Of a DNA stretch of 64,000 nt, positions 1 to 9,557 are shown in pieces. Numbering within the stretch: position 1 is the first letter of the stretch; each line of letters begins with the position of its first letter. Source of the DNA: Oscillospiraceae bacterium (GTDB lineage Bacteria; Bacillota; Clostridia; Oscillospirales; Acutalibacteraceae); contig SVOM01000006.1 in NCBI GenBank assembly GCA_015066405.1, forward strand, positions 2,319 to 66,318. Direction: 5' to 3'. Made by a program: the position numbers and the translations under genes. The notes under the pieces are model-generated. The model did no database searches and was not told where the DNA came from. It saw only the letters and a list, made by a program, of their open reading frames with translations.

Positions 1-30
1 CATAAGCTGTCATAAAATCACCAATTAAAT

Positions 31-61
31 CGACTATCCATGCCCAAGCATAGGATAGTCG
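31..61 (-). terminator. stem-loop downstream of the 74..682 gene
   Basis: CGACTATCC (31-39) pairs with GGATAGTCG (53-61). The U-tract on the minus strand is weak. Confidence 0.3.
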
Positions 62-73
62 AAAATACATTTC

Positions 74-682
74 TTAGTTAGAAGCAGCACCTGCAGTGCT
101 ACCATCGGTTACGCTGAACACTATCTGTCCGCCGCGAAGAGCAACGGTGTAATCATCGTATAATGTCTTGGTATCCAAAACAAATTCGGTTAAGTCAAGG
201 TGTTCGGCAATGTCTGCGGCACTAAGGGTAAAGGTGAAGGTGCCATCATCTTGGGACTGCCAAACAACATCATGTGAGCCAGAGTGTGTTAGAGCAATAA
301 CATTTTTTGAGCCTTCTCCGTGAGTGTCATCAAAGGTCCAAGCATCGTTGCTGAGTGTGAAGCTAAATGTTGTGGGAACACCGCTTTCCTTTATCTCAAC
401 GGGAGCAACATTTGAGGGTGTGAAGGTAACAACGATTTCACCTGCAACCTGAAGAGCAGTGGTGTGGGTTGTGCCGTTTTTCGGGTCGATGGTGAGTGCG
501 AGGGTGGATTTGTCGATTTCGTATGTACCATAGCTACCTGCGTAAGCAACGCCGGTAAGGTTCATAGCAGCACCGACAGATTCATCGGCAACATCTGTAG
601 TTTGGGTGTAGGTCCAAGTAGCGTACACACCGCCGATGGTGATGCAGAGCATCAATGCGATTAAAATACTTATTTTTTTCAT
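74..682 (-). CDS. secreted hypothetical protein with a SipW/TasA-like N-terminal signal
   Basis: 202-aa ORF with a GAGGAGG RBS upstream. The N-terminus is MKKISILIALMLCITIGGVYATWTY and the body is Thr/Gly-rich. Confidence 0.7.
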   Translation of the reverse strand: MKKISILIALMLCITIGGVYATWTYTQTTDVADESVGAAMNLTGVAYAGSYGTYEIDKSTLALTIDPKNGTTHTTALQVAGEIVVTFTPSNVAPVEIKESGVPTTFSFTLSNDAWTFDDTHGEGSKNVIALTHSGSHDVVWQSQDDGTFTFTLSAADIAEHLDLTEFVLDTKTLYDDYTVALRGGQIVFSVTDGSTAGAASN

Positions 683-919
683 ATTTTTCCTCCTCTATAT
701 AAAAATTGTAATTATATTATATCATCATTTAAAAAAAATACAAGTCGTTTTGGAATTTTTTTCACTTTTAAATGTTTTAGTAATAAATTTTTGACAATTA
801 TCGGCACTATATATGTTATTTGTTGTATCACATTAATTTTAAAAGTAAATTATAGCAGTATAAATCTCCACCATTTACAAATACTAACATCACGATTTAA
901 AATTAAAGGAGATTTATAT

Positions 920-1154
920 ATGAAAGCAACAGGTGACGTCGCGAGCGCTCACAGTGTGAGATAAAGCGAGCGTAACGCACGCGCCGCGGTCAAAAGTTGT
1001 AGGCGCTCCAAGCCGACCGCAACTTTTGGGCACCGCAAGAGGAATAGTTCGTAGAATCGAGGAATGCGTTATTATAACCTCTCAAAATTGTTGCCGAATT
1101 AAAATTCAGACAATTTTGGAGAACATAGATACTCGCTTCACTCGTATGAGATAG
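920..1154 (+). pseudogene. interrupted, decayed AbrB/SpoVT-type N-terminal paralogue whose first 29 nt match spoVT exactly
   Basis: 920-933 plus 1043-1057 equal spoVT 2877-2905 base for base, and an AAAGGAGA RBS precedes both. The frame as it stands stops at 962-964. Removing 934-1042 gives MKATGIVRRIEECVIITSQ..., ending at TAG 1152-1154. Confidence 0.4.
934..1042 (+). other. 109-nt GC-rich hairpin-rich insert splitting the spoVT-like start region
   Basis: 66 of 109 nt are G or C, in AT-rich flanks. Hairpins: CTCAC-AGT-GTGAG (948-960) and CAAAAGTTG-N20-CAACTTTTG (991-1028). An AGG direct repeat sits at both junctions. Confidence 0.5.
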
Positions 1155-1256
1155 GGCAAACCGTAAAATAGTCAGTAATGGTGCGGTTTTTGAGCAGTTT
1201 GCCCTATTGAACGCATTGGTGTCAAAAACGGGTTTTCGATAGTTTTTATACATAGC

Positions 1257-1286
1257 AAAAGCGAGGTGAACTTCACCTCGCTTTTA
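1257..1286. terminator. bidirectional intrinsic terminator
   Basis: GCGAGGTG (1261-1268) pairs with CACCTCGC (1274-1281), flanked by an A-run and a T-run. It lies directly 3' of the CLC gene. Confidence 0.75.
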
Positions 1287-2543
1287 TTGTTCATTGTTTT
1301 TTGTTTTTGAAAAAAGCGGCGATTTGAAAAATCTATTTTCAAATAGACCTTTATTAACTGACAGAGGCCAAAGGATTAAGCAAATCAGTAAATAATATGG
1401 TAATGTCGTAAAACCAAACATTTCAATTCCAAGAAAAATTGCGCTTATAGGACTGTTTGTAGCGCAACAAAACAAGCCTATAAGACCAAGGGCTGCTGAA
1501 AATCCGGGATCTAAGCCTAATATACTTCCAAAAACACAGCCGAAGGTTGCACCGACACAAAAAGTAGGAACGATTTCTCCGCCCTTAAATCCCGCAGCCA
1601 AAGTGATGGCGGTGAAAACAATTTTTAAAATAAAATCAAACCAATTTGCGTTGCCTTTTACTGCTCCAATTGCCATACTCATACCGGAACCATTATAACG
1701 CATATCACCAACAATTATGGTCAACATAATGATAACAACAGCACCGATTACCGAACGAAGTAAGGGATTTGAAATTAACTTTTTGGCCCAAAGCTCTGAC
1801 TTGTTAAAGAAGAAGCACATAACCCTACCTAACACACTTAGCCCGATTGATAAAACAATGATTTTGGCAATAGAGTTAAATGTAAAAGTAGTTATATTGC
1901 TTAGATGAAATGTTTCCCCGGCCGCGCCCATAAGAAAAGAAACTTTTTCCGAAATTACTGCTGAAATAAAGCAAGGTAAAATTGCCAAGGAAACGACTTT
2001 TGTCGCTAACGTAAATTCCAAAACAAAAAATGCGGCTGTAAGAGGCGTACCGAACACTCCTGAAAAAACAGCGCTCATTCCACTCAAAACAACAATTGTT
2101 CGATCGTTCTCTTTTAATCGAAGAATATTAGAAAGAGCGGATGCACCCGCGCCACCTAACTGAAGTGCAGCGCCTTCCCGACCTGCAGATCCACCCAAAA
2201 GGTGTGTGATTGCAGTGGAAATGAATATAAGCGGCGCAGCAATAACTCTTATGGGCCTTTTGTCCTCAAGGCAGTGTATGATTTCATTAGTCCCACCGAA
2301 ATTATGCATACCGAAAACCCGATATAATAAAACAGTAGCGATACCACCAACGGGCAATAGGAGAATGAGCCACGGCCCTGCCTCGCGTAGTCTTGTTACA
2401 AAAGACAACAAATGTGCAAAGCAAGCACCAACTAAACCGCCAAGTGTTCCTATTAGTACTCCGAGTATACACCGTTTTAATAAACCAAAAAATATTCTTT
2501 TGAAAGTTATATTTTTCATAAACGATCCAACTTTACTAATCAA
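1284..2543 (-). CDS. CLC-family chloride/fluoride channel or antiporter
   Basis: 419-aa polytopic ORF with motifs GREGA and GGEIVPT. The likely ATG is at 2519 (MKNITFKR); the ORF opens at a TTG at 2543. Confidence 0.85.
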   Translation of the reverse strand: MISKVGSFMKNITFKRIFFGLLKRCILGVLIGTLGGLVGACFAHLLSFVTRLREAGPWLILLLPVGGIATVLLYRVFGMHNFGGTNEIIHCLEDKRPIRVIAAPLIFISTAITHLLGGSAGREGAALQLGGAGASALSNILRLKENDRTIVVLSGMSAVFSGVFGTPLTAAFFVLEFTLATKVVSLAILPCFISAVISEKVSFLMGAAGETFHLSNITTFTFNSIAKIIVLSIGLSVLGRVMCFFFNKSELWAKKLISNPLLRSVIGAVVIIMLTIIVGDMRYNGSGMSMAIGAVKGNANWFDFILKIVFTAITLAAGFKGGEIVPTFCVGATFGCVFGSILGLDPGFSAALGLIGLFCCATNSPISAIFLGIEMFGFTTLPYYLLICLILWPLSVNKGLFENRFFKSPLFSKTKNNEQ

Positions 2544-2876
2544 ATAAAACTATACATCATTATAGTACAATTACTCGAAAAAGTAAATCTTGAAGTATGA
2601 ATCTCTTCAAGATTCAAAAAATAACAACATAATTTGTAATTTAACTAGAAACGTCTATATTAAAATAACTATTTTAATGAACTAAATATTCACCTTATTG
2701 ATTTAAAGTGGGTTTGAGATTATTTCAACGATGATAATTAAACTTTATTATTAACAGTATAAAACTCCTTTGTTGACAGATAATAGAAATATCGTTAAAA
2801 AAGTTCCCAAAATGAATCAAAATTTAAAAAAGGAACCTTAAATTTTCAATTATCTAAACAAAGGAGAAATGAATAT

Positions 2877-3401
2877 ATGAAAGCAACAGGAATAGTTCGT
2901 AGAATAGACGACCTTGGTCGTGTCGTTATTCCGAAAGAGATAAGACGCACAATGCGCATACGTGAGGGAGACCCGTTGGAGATTTACACTGATGCGGGTG
3001 GGGAAGTTATTTTTAAAAAATATTCGCCGCTGGGCGAGCTTGGCACGTTTGCGGCGCAGTACTGCGAGGCGTTGGCGGGCGGCACGGTGCTGGGTGTTGC
3101 GGTTACCGACTGCGATAAATTTATCGCGTGTGCGGGCATATCTAAAAAAGAGGTTATCGGCACACCTGTTATGCCCGAGCTCGATATACTAATGCGCGAG
3201 CGCCGCAGTGTGAGCGAGGGACTTGAGGAGCTAAAAATCGCCGAGCGATCAGTGTTGGCGGCTTCTCCCATTATTTCGGCGGGGGACGTTATGGGCAGCG
3301 TGGTGCTTTTTGGCACTGACAGTGTTACAACTGCTAACGATAGCGATATTAAACTTATAGGCGTTGCCGCCGCATTCCTTGGCAAGCTTATGGAAGAATA
3401 G
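2877..3401 (+). CDS. spoVT: stage V sporulation regulator SpoVT (AbrB-type N-domain plus GAF-like C-domain)
   Basis: MKATGIVRRIDDLGRVVIPKEIRR swapped-hairpin motif, 174 aa, AAAGGAGA RBS. Confidence 0.85.
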   Translation: MKATGIVRRIDDLGRVVIPKEIRRTMRIREGDPLEIYTDAGGEVIFKKYSPLGELGTFAAQYCEALAGGTVLGVAVTDCDKFIACAGISKKEVIGTPVMPELDILMRERRSVSEGLEELKIAERSVLAASPIISAGDVMGSVVLFGTDSVTTANDSDIKLIGVAAAFLGKLMEE

Positions 3402-3450
3402 GAATTAGGATTTAGGATTTAGGATTTAGGAGTCAGGATTTAGGGATTAG
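3400..3450. repeat. tandem heptamer array, AGGATTT-like, 7 units
   Basis: AGGAATT AGGATTT AGGATTT AGGATTT AGGAGTC AGGATTT AGGGATT. The first unit overlaps the spoVT stop codon. Confidence 0.9.
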
Positions 3451-3460
3451 TAAAAAGTAC

Positions 3461-3489
3461 TTGCATTTTATATTTATATATGTTATACT
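3461..3489 (+). promoter_or_regulatory. sigma-A-like promoter of the rimP-nusA-infB operon
   Basis: TTGCAT, 17-nt spacer, TATACT. Confidence 0.55.
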
Positions 3490-3595
3490 CTTGGTAGTAT
3501 AAGATGTAGGAAAGAAGAGTAGGGCGACCTGCTCTTTACTTTTTGTTTGGGCAAATGCGGCAAAACCGCACCGAAAAAAAGAAAGGACTGATATT

Positions 3596-4054
3596 TTGGC
3601 AGGTATAGCAGACAAAATCTTATCGCTTATCAAAGATACGGTGGAAGCACAAAACGTATCGCTTTGGGATGTGCGTTTTGTAAAGGAGGGCGCATCGTAT
3701 TTTCTTAGGGTTTATATCGACAAAGAGGACGGCATTAATATTGATGACTGCACGGCTGTTTCTCACGCAATTGACCCCGTGATAGACGAGGCTGACCCGA
3801 TAGACAAATCGTATTATCTTGAGGTTTGCTCCCCAGGTCTTGAGCGCGAGATTACCCGCCCCGAGCATTTTGAGTGGGCGGTGGGCCGCGAAATAAAGGC
3901 AAAGCTTTACAAAGCGATAAACGGCACCAAGGAAATTATCGGTACACTTTTAAAGTATGACGGCGGAATAACACTTTCTGTCGGCGACAATGAAATTTAT
4001 TTAGACAAAAAAGAGTTTTCTACAGTAAAACTTAATGACTTAACGGAGGTATAA
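3596..4054 (+). CDS. rimP: ribosome maturation factor RimP
   Basis: TTG start. Contains YYLEVCSPGLEREI and sits directly upstream of nusA. Confidence 0.9.
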   Translation: MAGIADKILSLIKDTVEAQNVSLWDVRFVKEGASYFLRVYIDKEDGINIDDCTAVSHAIDPVIDEADPIDKSYYLEVCSPGLEREITRPEHFEWAVGREIKAKLYKAINGTKEIIGTLLKYDGGITLSVGDNEIYLDKKEFSTVKLNDLTEV

Positions 4055-4060
4055 CGGAAA

Positions 4061-5140
4061 ATGAAAAAGCCAACAAAAGACACAAAGGAATTTTTTGAAG
4101 CACTCAAAATTATGGAGGAAGAAAGAGGCGTTCCAAGCCAGTATCTTGCAGAGAAAATAGCAAATGCTATCGTTGTAGCTTTGCGTAAGGACTACGGCAC
4201 AGGCGACAACGTTATTTGCACCATCGACCCTGAAAAAATGATTTTCAGCGTTGTTGTACGCAAGGAGGTTGTTGACGAGGTTACCGACCCGTACACCCAA
4301 ATTCTTCGCGATGAAGCCATCACAATCGACTCAAAGGCGGTTGAGAACGGCTTTATTGAGATTAAGCTTGACACCAAGCAGTTTGGCCGAATCGTAGCGC
4401 AGACCGCAAAACACGTTATCCGCCAGGGTATTCGCGAGGCCGAGCGTGGCCACACACTCGCTGAGTTCCAAAACCACAACCGCGAGTTACTTACTGCCGT
4501 TGTTCAGCAAATTGATGCAAAAACAGGCAATGCTACGGTAAAAATCGGTCGCACCGAAACAATACTGCCGAAACTCGAGCAGGTACCGGGTGAAGAGTTA
4601 TATGAAGGCGACCATATTAAAGTTTATGTAGTAGACGTTAAAGAAACCGAAAAGGGACCGAAAATTATGATTTCGCGCACACATTCAGGTCTTGTGCGCC
4701 GCCTTTTTGAAACCGAGGTTCCCGAAATATTTGACGGCACCATCGAAATTAAGTCAATTTCACGTCAGGCAGGCTCACGCACCAAAATTGCGGTTTACAG
4801 CGCAAATGAGGAAATCGACCCTGTAGGTGCTTGTATCGGTCAGCGCGGAGCTCGAGTTAACACAATAGTTGAAGAGCTCGGGGGCGAGAAAATCGACATT
4901 GTTAAATACAGCGATGATCCCGCTAAATTTATCGGAGAAGCACTTTCTCCCGCAAAGGTTTTATCGGTTGAAATCGAGAGTGAAAATCCCAAGGTTTGCC
5001 GCGTTACAGTTCCTGATGCTCAGTTGTCTTTGGCTATCGGCAACAAGGGACAAAACGCGCGTCTTGCCGCTAAGCTTACGGGTTGGAAAATTGATATAAG
5101 ACCCGAAAGTGGATTCTATGGAGAAGACACCGAGGACTAA
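4061..5140 (+). CDS. nusA: transcription termination/antitermination factor NusA
   Basis: S1 and KH domains ([24 protein letters not shown]). Confidence 0.97.
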   Translation: MKKPTKDTKEFFEALKIMEEERGVPSQYLAEKIANAIVVALRKDYGTGDNVICTIDPEKMIFSVVVRKEVVDEVTDPYTQILRDEAITIDSKAVENGFIEIKLDTKQFGRIVAQTAKHVIRQGIREAERGHTLAEFQNHNRELLTAVVQQIDAKTGNATVKIGRTETILPKLEQVPGEELYEGDHIKVYVVDVKETEKGPKIMISRTHSGLVRRLFETEVPEIFDGTIEIKSISRQAGSRTKIAVYSANEEIDPVGACIGQRGARVNTIVEELGGEKIDIVKYSDDPAKFIGEALSPAKVLSVEIESENPKVCRVTVPDAQLSLAIGNKGQNARLAAKLTGWKIDIRPESGFYGEDTED

Positions 5141-5143
5141 GAA

Positions 5144-5413
5144 ATGCAAAAGAAAAAAATACCGATGCGTATGTGCTTGGGCTGTAATGAAATGAAGCCC
5201 AAAATAGAGCTTATCCGCATTGTAAAAACACCCGAAAATGAAATAATGGTGGACTTAAAGGGCAAGGCTAACGGCCGCGGCGCATATATATGCCGAGATG
5301 CCGAATGTCTTAAAAAAGCCGTAAAGGCAAAACGGCTTGAGCGCACCTTTGCTACCGAAATTTCGGATGAAATTTATGAAACTCTTAAAAAGGATTTAAC
5401 CGATGAACAGTAA
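5144..5413 (+). CDS. ylxR: YlxR (DUF448) RNA-binding protein
   Basis: RMCLGCNEMKPKIELIRIV motif, in the conserved nusA-infB position. Confidence 0.85.
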   Translation: MQKKKIPMRMCLGCNEMKPKIELIRIVKTPENEIMVDLKGKANGRGAYICRDAECLKKAVKAKRLERTFATEISDEIYETLKKDLTDEQ

Positions 5414-5705
5414 GATTCTTGCCCTTTTGGGCTTTGCATCCAAGGCGGGTAAATTGTCCTACGGTATGAATAATACCGAGGCAGCCTTAAAAAGCGGTGT
5501 ATCTTGTCTTGCGGTAAGCGCCGCAGATACATCCGAAAAAAGCAAAAAAGAACTTATATTTCAAGCCGATAAATACGGCACGGAAAGTATGGTGCTCGAA
5601 GGTGTTACCGCCGAAACGCTTTCAAAAGCGGTTGGTAGGCAGTGCAGCATACTTTCGGTAAATGATACAGGTTTTGCCGATGCAATAAAGAACGGCAAAG
5701 ATTAA
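5403..5705 (+). CDS. ylxQ: L7Ae-family RNA-binding protein YlxQ
   Basis: 100 aa, between ylxR and infB, with [10 protein letters not shown]. Confidence 0.75.
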   Translation: MNSKILALLGFASKAGKLSYGMNNTEAALKSGVSCLAVSAADTSEKSKKELIFQADKYGTESMVLEGVTAETLSKAVGRQCSILSVNDTGFADAIKNGKD

Positions 5706-5718
5706 AGGAGGAAATGCG

Positions 5719-8217
5719 ATGACGGTAAAATATAAGGTAAGTGAGATTGCCAAAGATTTTAATGTTAGCGCCAAGGAAATATCTGCGATTATTGAGGAGA
5801 AAACGGGCGAGAGCAAAAAATCGGGCTCGGCCCTCACCGAAATCGAATTAGATATTATATTTGAGGTTTTAACCACCAAAAATCAGGTTAAAAGCTTTGA
5901 TGAATACTTTAAAACAGGCGAGACAGCCCGTGCGGCCGCCGCACAAAAGCGCCAGGCCGAAAAGGATAAAAAATTGGCCGAACAGATGGCTATACTTGAG
6001 CAGTTAAAGGCCGCGGCAGAAGCCGAGAAAAAGGCCGCCGAAGAAAAAGCGGCACCTAAAAAGGCGGCTGCCAAGGTTGAGACCAAAACCGAAGCAAAGG
6101 TAGAGAAAAAGGTTGAAAAGAAGGTAGAGCCCAAGGTAGAAAAGCCTGCCGCACCTAACCCTGAGAAAAAGGCCGAAACCGAGGAAATTTTGGTGGCTCC
6201 GCCTAAAAAGCAAAAGGTGGGTGGTGCCGCTCCCAACCGTGGTCCTGCACAAATTCGCCACGTAGACACCCGTACTGTACACGTTGATATGGATAAATAC
6301 AACGAGAAGTACGAGAATATTGCGCCCGCAAACTCAATGCGCGATAACTATTCAAGAAAGCAAAAAATCAAGCAAAAGTCGCAGGACTACAAGCGCCCGC
6401 AAAACGCCAAACGCGAGACTGAGGCCGATAAACTGCGCAGACTTCAGCTTGAAAAGATTAAAAAGACACCGATTACAGTTACTGTAGGCGATGAAATCAC
6501 GGTAGGCGAGCTTGCCGCCGCACTTAAAAAGACAGCGGCTGAGGTTATCAAAAACCTTATGAAGCTCGGTATGCTTGCAACCGTTAACCAGGTAATCGAC
6601 TATGATACCGCCGAAATCGTTGTAACCGAGATGGGTGCTAAAATCGAGCGCGCGGTTGTTGTAACCATTGAAGAGCAAATTATGGACGACACCGAGGATA
6701 CGGCAGAATCATTGAAGCCGAGAAGCCCCGTTGTTGTTGTTATGGGACACGTTGACCACGGTAAAACATCCCTTTTGGATGCTATTCGTAACTCCGCCGT
6801 TACCGATACTGAAGCGGGCGGTATTACACAGGCAATAGGTGCTTACAGGGTTAACTGCAAGGGACAGGACATTACCTTCCTTGATACCCCCGGCCATGCC
6901 GCATTTACCGCTATGCGCCAGCGCGGTGCTATGGCTACCGATATCGCGGTGCTCGTAGTAGCAGCCGATGACGGTATTATGCCGCAAACGGTTGAAGCTA
7001 TTAACCACGCAAAAGCGGCGGGTGTACAAATTATTGTAGCTATCAACAAAATGGATAAACCCACTGCCAACCCCGATGTTATCAAACAACAGTTAACCGA
7101 GCATTCGCTCGTTCCTGAAGAATGGGGCGGCGATGTTATATGCGTTCCCGTATCTGCTAAAACCAAAATGGGTATTGATGATTTGCTTGAAAATATCCTT
7201 CTTGTTGCCGAAATGATGGAACTCAAAGCCAACCCCGACCGCCGTGCAAACGGTGTTGTAATCGAAGCGTGTCTTGATAAGGGTCGCGGACCTATCGCAA
7301 CGCTTTTAGTACAAAAGGGAACTTTGCACGAGGGCGATATTATCGTTGCGGGTACAGCGGTTGGACGTGTGCGTGTTATGACCAACGAAAAGGGCCAGCA
7401 CGTAAAAGAGGCAGGCCCCTCAGTACCTGTTGAAATTGCAGGTCTTGCCGAAACACCGTCAGCAGGCGATACCTTTGATGCGGTATCGGATGAGCGTTTG
7501 GCTCGCCAGCTTGTTGAACAGCGTAAGCAAAAGATTAAGGAAGACCTCTTTAACGCAAAACAAAAGGTTACTCTTGATAACCTCTTTGACCAGTTAAGCG
7601 AGGGCGAACTCAAAGAGCTTAACATTATCGTTAAGGCTGATGTTCAGGGCTCGGTTGAGGCCGTTCGTGAAAGTCTTGAAAAGCTTTCAAATGAAGAGGT
7701 GCGCGTAAAGGTTATTCACGGTGCTGTTGGCGCTATTAACGAGTCTGACGTTATGTTGGCTACAACATCAGGTGCTATTATAGTTGGCTTTAACGTACGT
7801 CCCGATGCGGTTGCCAAGGCATCCGCCGAGCGTGATGGTGTAGATGTGCGCCTCTATCGCGTAATCTATAACTGTATTGAAGAAATTGAAGCCGCCATGA
7901 AGGGTATGTTAGCACCTAAATACCGCGAGGTTATACTTGGTACTGTTGAAGTGCGCGACACCTATAAAATCTCGGGTGTTGGTACAATTGCGGGCGCCTA
8001 CGTTACAAATGGTAAGGTAACCCGCGCTTGCAGTATTCGTGTTGTACGTGATGGCATTGTTATAGCCGAGGATGCTATTGATTCTTTACGCCGCTTTAAG
8101 GATGACGTTAAGGAAGTAGCACAGGGCTATGAATGCGGTATCGGACTTGAGAAATTCGGCGATATTAAGGTGGGCGACATTTTTGAGGCCTTTATTATGG
8201 AGGAATATAGAGACTAA
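5719..8217 (+). CDS. infB: translation initiation factor IF-2
   Basis: [17 protein letters not shown] and NKMD G-motifs. The N-terminal region is K/E/A-rich. Confidence 0.97.
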   Translation: MTVKYKVSEIAKDFNVSAKEISAIIEEKTGESKKSGSALTEIELDIIFEVLTTKNQVKSFDEYFKTGETARAAAAQKRQAEKDKKLAEQMAILEQLKAAAEAEKKAAEEKAAPKKAAAKVETKTEAKVEKKVEKKVEPKVEKPAAPNPEKKAETEEILVAPPKKQKVGGAAPNRGPAQIRHVDTRTVHVDMDKYNEKYENIAPANSMRDNYSRKQKIKQKSQDYKRPQNAKRETEADKLRRLQLEKIKKTPITVTVGDEITVGELAAALKKTAAEVIKNLMKLGMLATVNQVIDYDTAEIVVTEMGAKIERAVVVTIEEQIMDDTEDTAESLKPRSPVVVVMGHVDHGKTSLLDAIRNSAVTDTEAGGITQAIGAYRVNCKGQDITFLDTPGHAAFTAMRQRGAMATDIAVLVVAADDGIMPQTVEAINHAKAAGVQIIVAINKMDKPTANPDVIKQQLTEHSLVPEEWGGDVICVPVSAKTKMGIDDLLENILLVAEMMELKANPDRRANGVVIEACLDKGRGPIATLLVQKGTLHEGDIIVAGTAVGRVRVMTNEKGQHVKEAGPSVPVEIAGLAETPSAGDTFDAVSDERLARQLVEQRKQKIKEDLFNAKQKVTLDNLFDQLSEGELKELNIIVKADVQGSVEAVRESLEKLSNEEVRVKVIHGAVGAINESDVMLATTSGAIIVGFNVRPDAVAKASAERDGVDVRLYRVIYNCIEEIEAAMKGMLAPKYREVILGTVEVRDTYKISGVGTIAGAYVTNGKVTRACSIRVVRDGIVIAEDAIDSLRRFKDDVKEVAQGYECGIGLEKFGDIKVGDIFEAFIMEEYRD

Positions 8218-8564
8218 TGGCAGGATATAAAGCAGGAAGAATTACTTCCGATATAAAAATGATGCTGTCTGATATTCTAAGAGACGTTAAAGACCCGAGA
8301 GTAAGCCGTCTTTTAAGCATTGTAAAAGTGGATGTATCGGGCGATTTATCATACGCTACTGTTTATGTGAGCGCAATTGAGGGCTATGACAAAACGGTAG
8401 AATCGGTTAAGGCACTCAAAAACGCGGCGGGCTTTATCCGCCGCGAGCTTGGAGCCCGCATGTCGCTTCGCAAGGTACCCGAACTCAGATTTATAGCAGA
8501 TAATTCTATTGAAAAAAGCACCGAAATTTCTAAAATAATAAATTCATTTGATGATAAGGATTAA
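8217..8564 (+). CDS. rbfA: ribosome-binding factor A
   Basis: 115 aa, TAATG overlap with infB, contains LRKVPELRF. Confidence 0.9.
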   Translation: MAGYKAGRITSDIKMMLSDILRDVKDPRVSRLLSIVKVDVSGDLSYATVYVSAIEGYDKTVESVKALKNAAGFIRRELGARMSLRKVPELRFIADNSIEKSTEISKIINSFDDKD

Positions 8565-8567
8565 TTT

Positions 8568-9557
8568 ATGGAAAGAACTTGTAAAGAGTTAAATTTAGCA
8601 GAGCTTTGCCATTATCTTAAAACCCATGATGATTATATTATTTTGACCCATATCTCGCCCGATGGCGATACGTTGGGTTCGGCTTATGCTTTGGCACTCG
8701 GCCTTTTAAGCATAGGCAAAAAGGCATTTGTGGTTTGCAATGATGAAATACCGCACAAATACGATTATTTCGTAAAAGCGGCGGCGCTAAAATCGTTTGA
8801 TTATAAAACCATAATCTCGGTTGATGTTGCCGATGCAAAGCTGCTTGGCTCACTTTATGAAAAATACAGTGATAAAATCGAACTCAATATAGACCACCAT
8901 ATTTCCAATACCCGATATGCCAAAAATCTATATTTAGATGCCGCGGCTTCGGCCACGGCAGAGTGTATTTACGATATATTTACCGAGATGAATATGCAAA
9001 TTACACCTCTTATTGCCACCGCACTTTATACGGGTATTGCTACCGATACGGGTTGCTTTAAGTATTCAAATGTAACGCCCAAAACACACTTGATTGCCGC
9101 TGAGCTTTATAAATATGGTATTGATGCGGCCGAGGTTAACCGCGTTATGTTCGATACAAAATCAAAAAATCGTATTGAGCTTGAAAAAATGGTGCTTGAA
9201 ACGGCAGAGTTTTTGTTTGACGAGAGATGCCTTATGCTCACTGTTACGAGTGAAATGCAGGAAAAATCAGGCTGCGAGCAAAGCGACCTTGAGGGTGTTG
9301 CGGCCATTTCACGCTCGGTGGAGGGTGTGCTTTGCGGTGTTTCGATAAAACAGTCGGAGCCCGATGTATACAAGGTATCGCTTCGCACCTACCCGCCTCT
9401 TGATGCTTCGCGTATATGCGGCACGCTTGGCGGCGGTGGACATGTATCGGCCGCGGGCTGCACGCTTGAAGGCAGTTTAGAAAAGGTAAAGGCAGAGATA
9501 ACGGCTGCTGTAGGAAAGGCTTTCAATGAATATGACGCAAGGACTATTGCTGATTAA
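8568..9557 (+). CDS. nrnA: DHH/DHHA1 phosphoesterase (NrnA-like)
   Basis: HISPDGDTLGS, NIDHH and GGGGH motifs. Confidence 0.8.
   Translation: MERTCKELNLAELCHYLKTHDDYIILTHISPDGDTLGSAYALALGLLSIGKKAFVVCNDEIPHKYDYFVKAAALKSFDYKTIISVDVADAKLLGSLYEKYSDKIELNIDHHISNTRYAKNLYLDAAASATAECIYDIFTEMNMQITPLIATALYTGIATDTGCFKYSNVTPKTHLIAAELYKYGIDAAEVNRVMFDTKSKNRIELEKMVLETAEFLFDERCLMLTVTSEMQEKSGCEQSDLEGVAAISRSVEGVLCGVSIKQSEPDVYKVSLRTYPPLDASRICGTLGGGGHVSAAGCTLEGSLEKVKAEITAAVGKAFNEYDARTIAD

Noticed and set aside
990-1253. 87-aa minus-strand ORF across the spoVT-mimic region
   Set aside because: It has no RBS and a Cys/Asn/Ser-rich low-complexity translation. It runs antisense through obvious hairpins and the duplicated spoVT segment, so it is most likely not coding.
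2544-2876. Fluoride (crcB-type) riboswitch upstream of the CLC gene
   Set aside because: The conserved aptamer elements are absent on the minus strand. The spacer is very AT-rich and holds only a promoter-like TATAAT and one weak hairpin.
5950-6200. K/E/A-rich repeats ([16 protein letters not shown]) in the IF-2 N-terminal region as a special feature
   Set aside because: Low-complexity charged N-terminal regions are normal and highly variable in bacterial IF-2.
6843-7625. 260-aa antisense ORF inside infB, and similar long antisense ORFs at 13913-14383, 41245-41964 and 53221-54042
   Set aside because: They lie fully inside strongly supported conserved genes on the opposite strand. They have Ser/Pro/Ala-rich compositions typical of antisense frames and no RBS.
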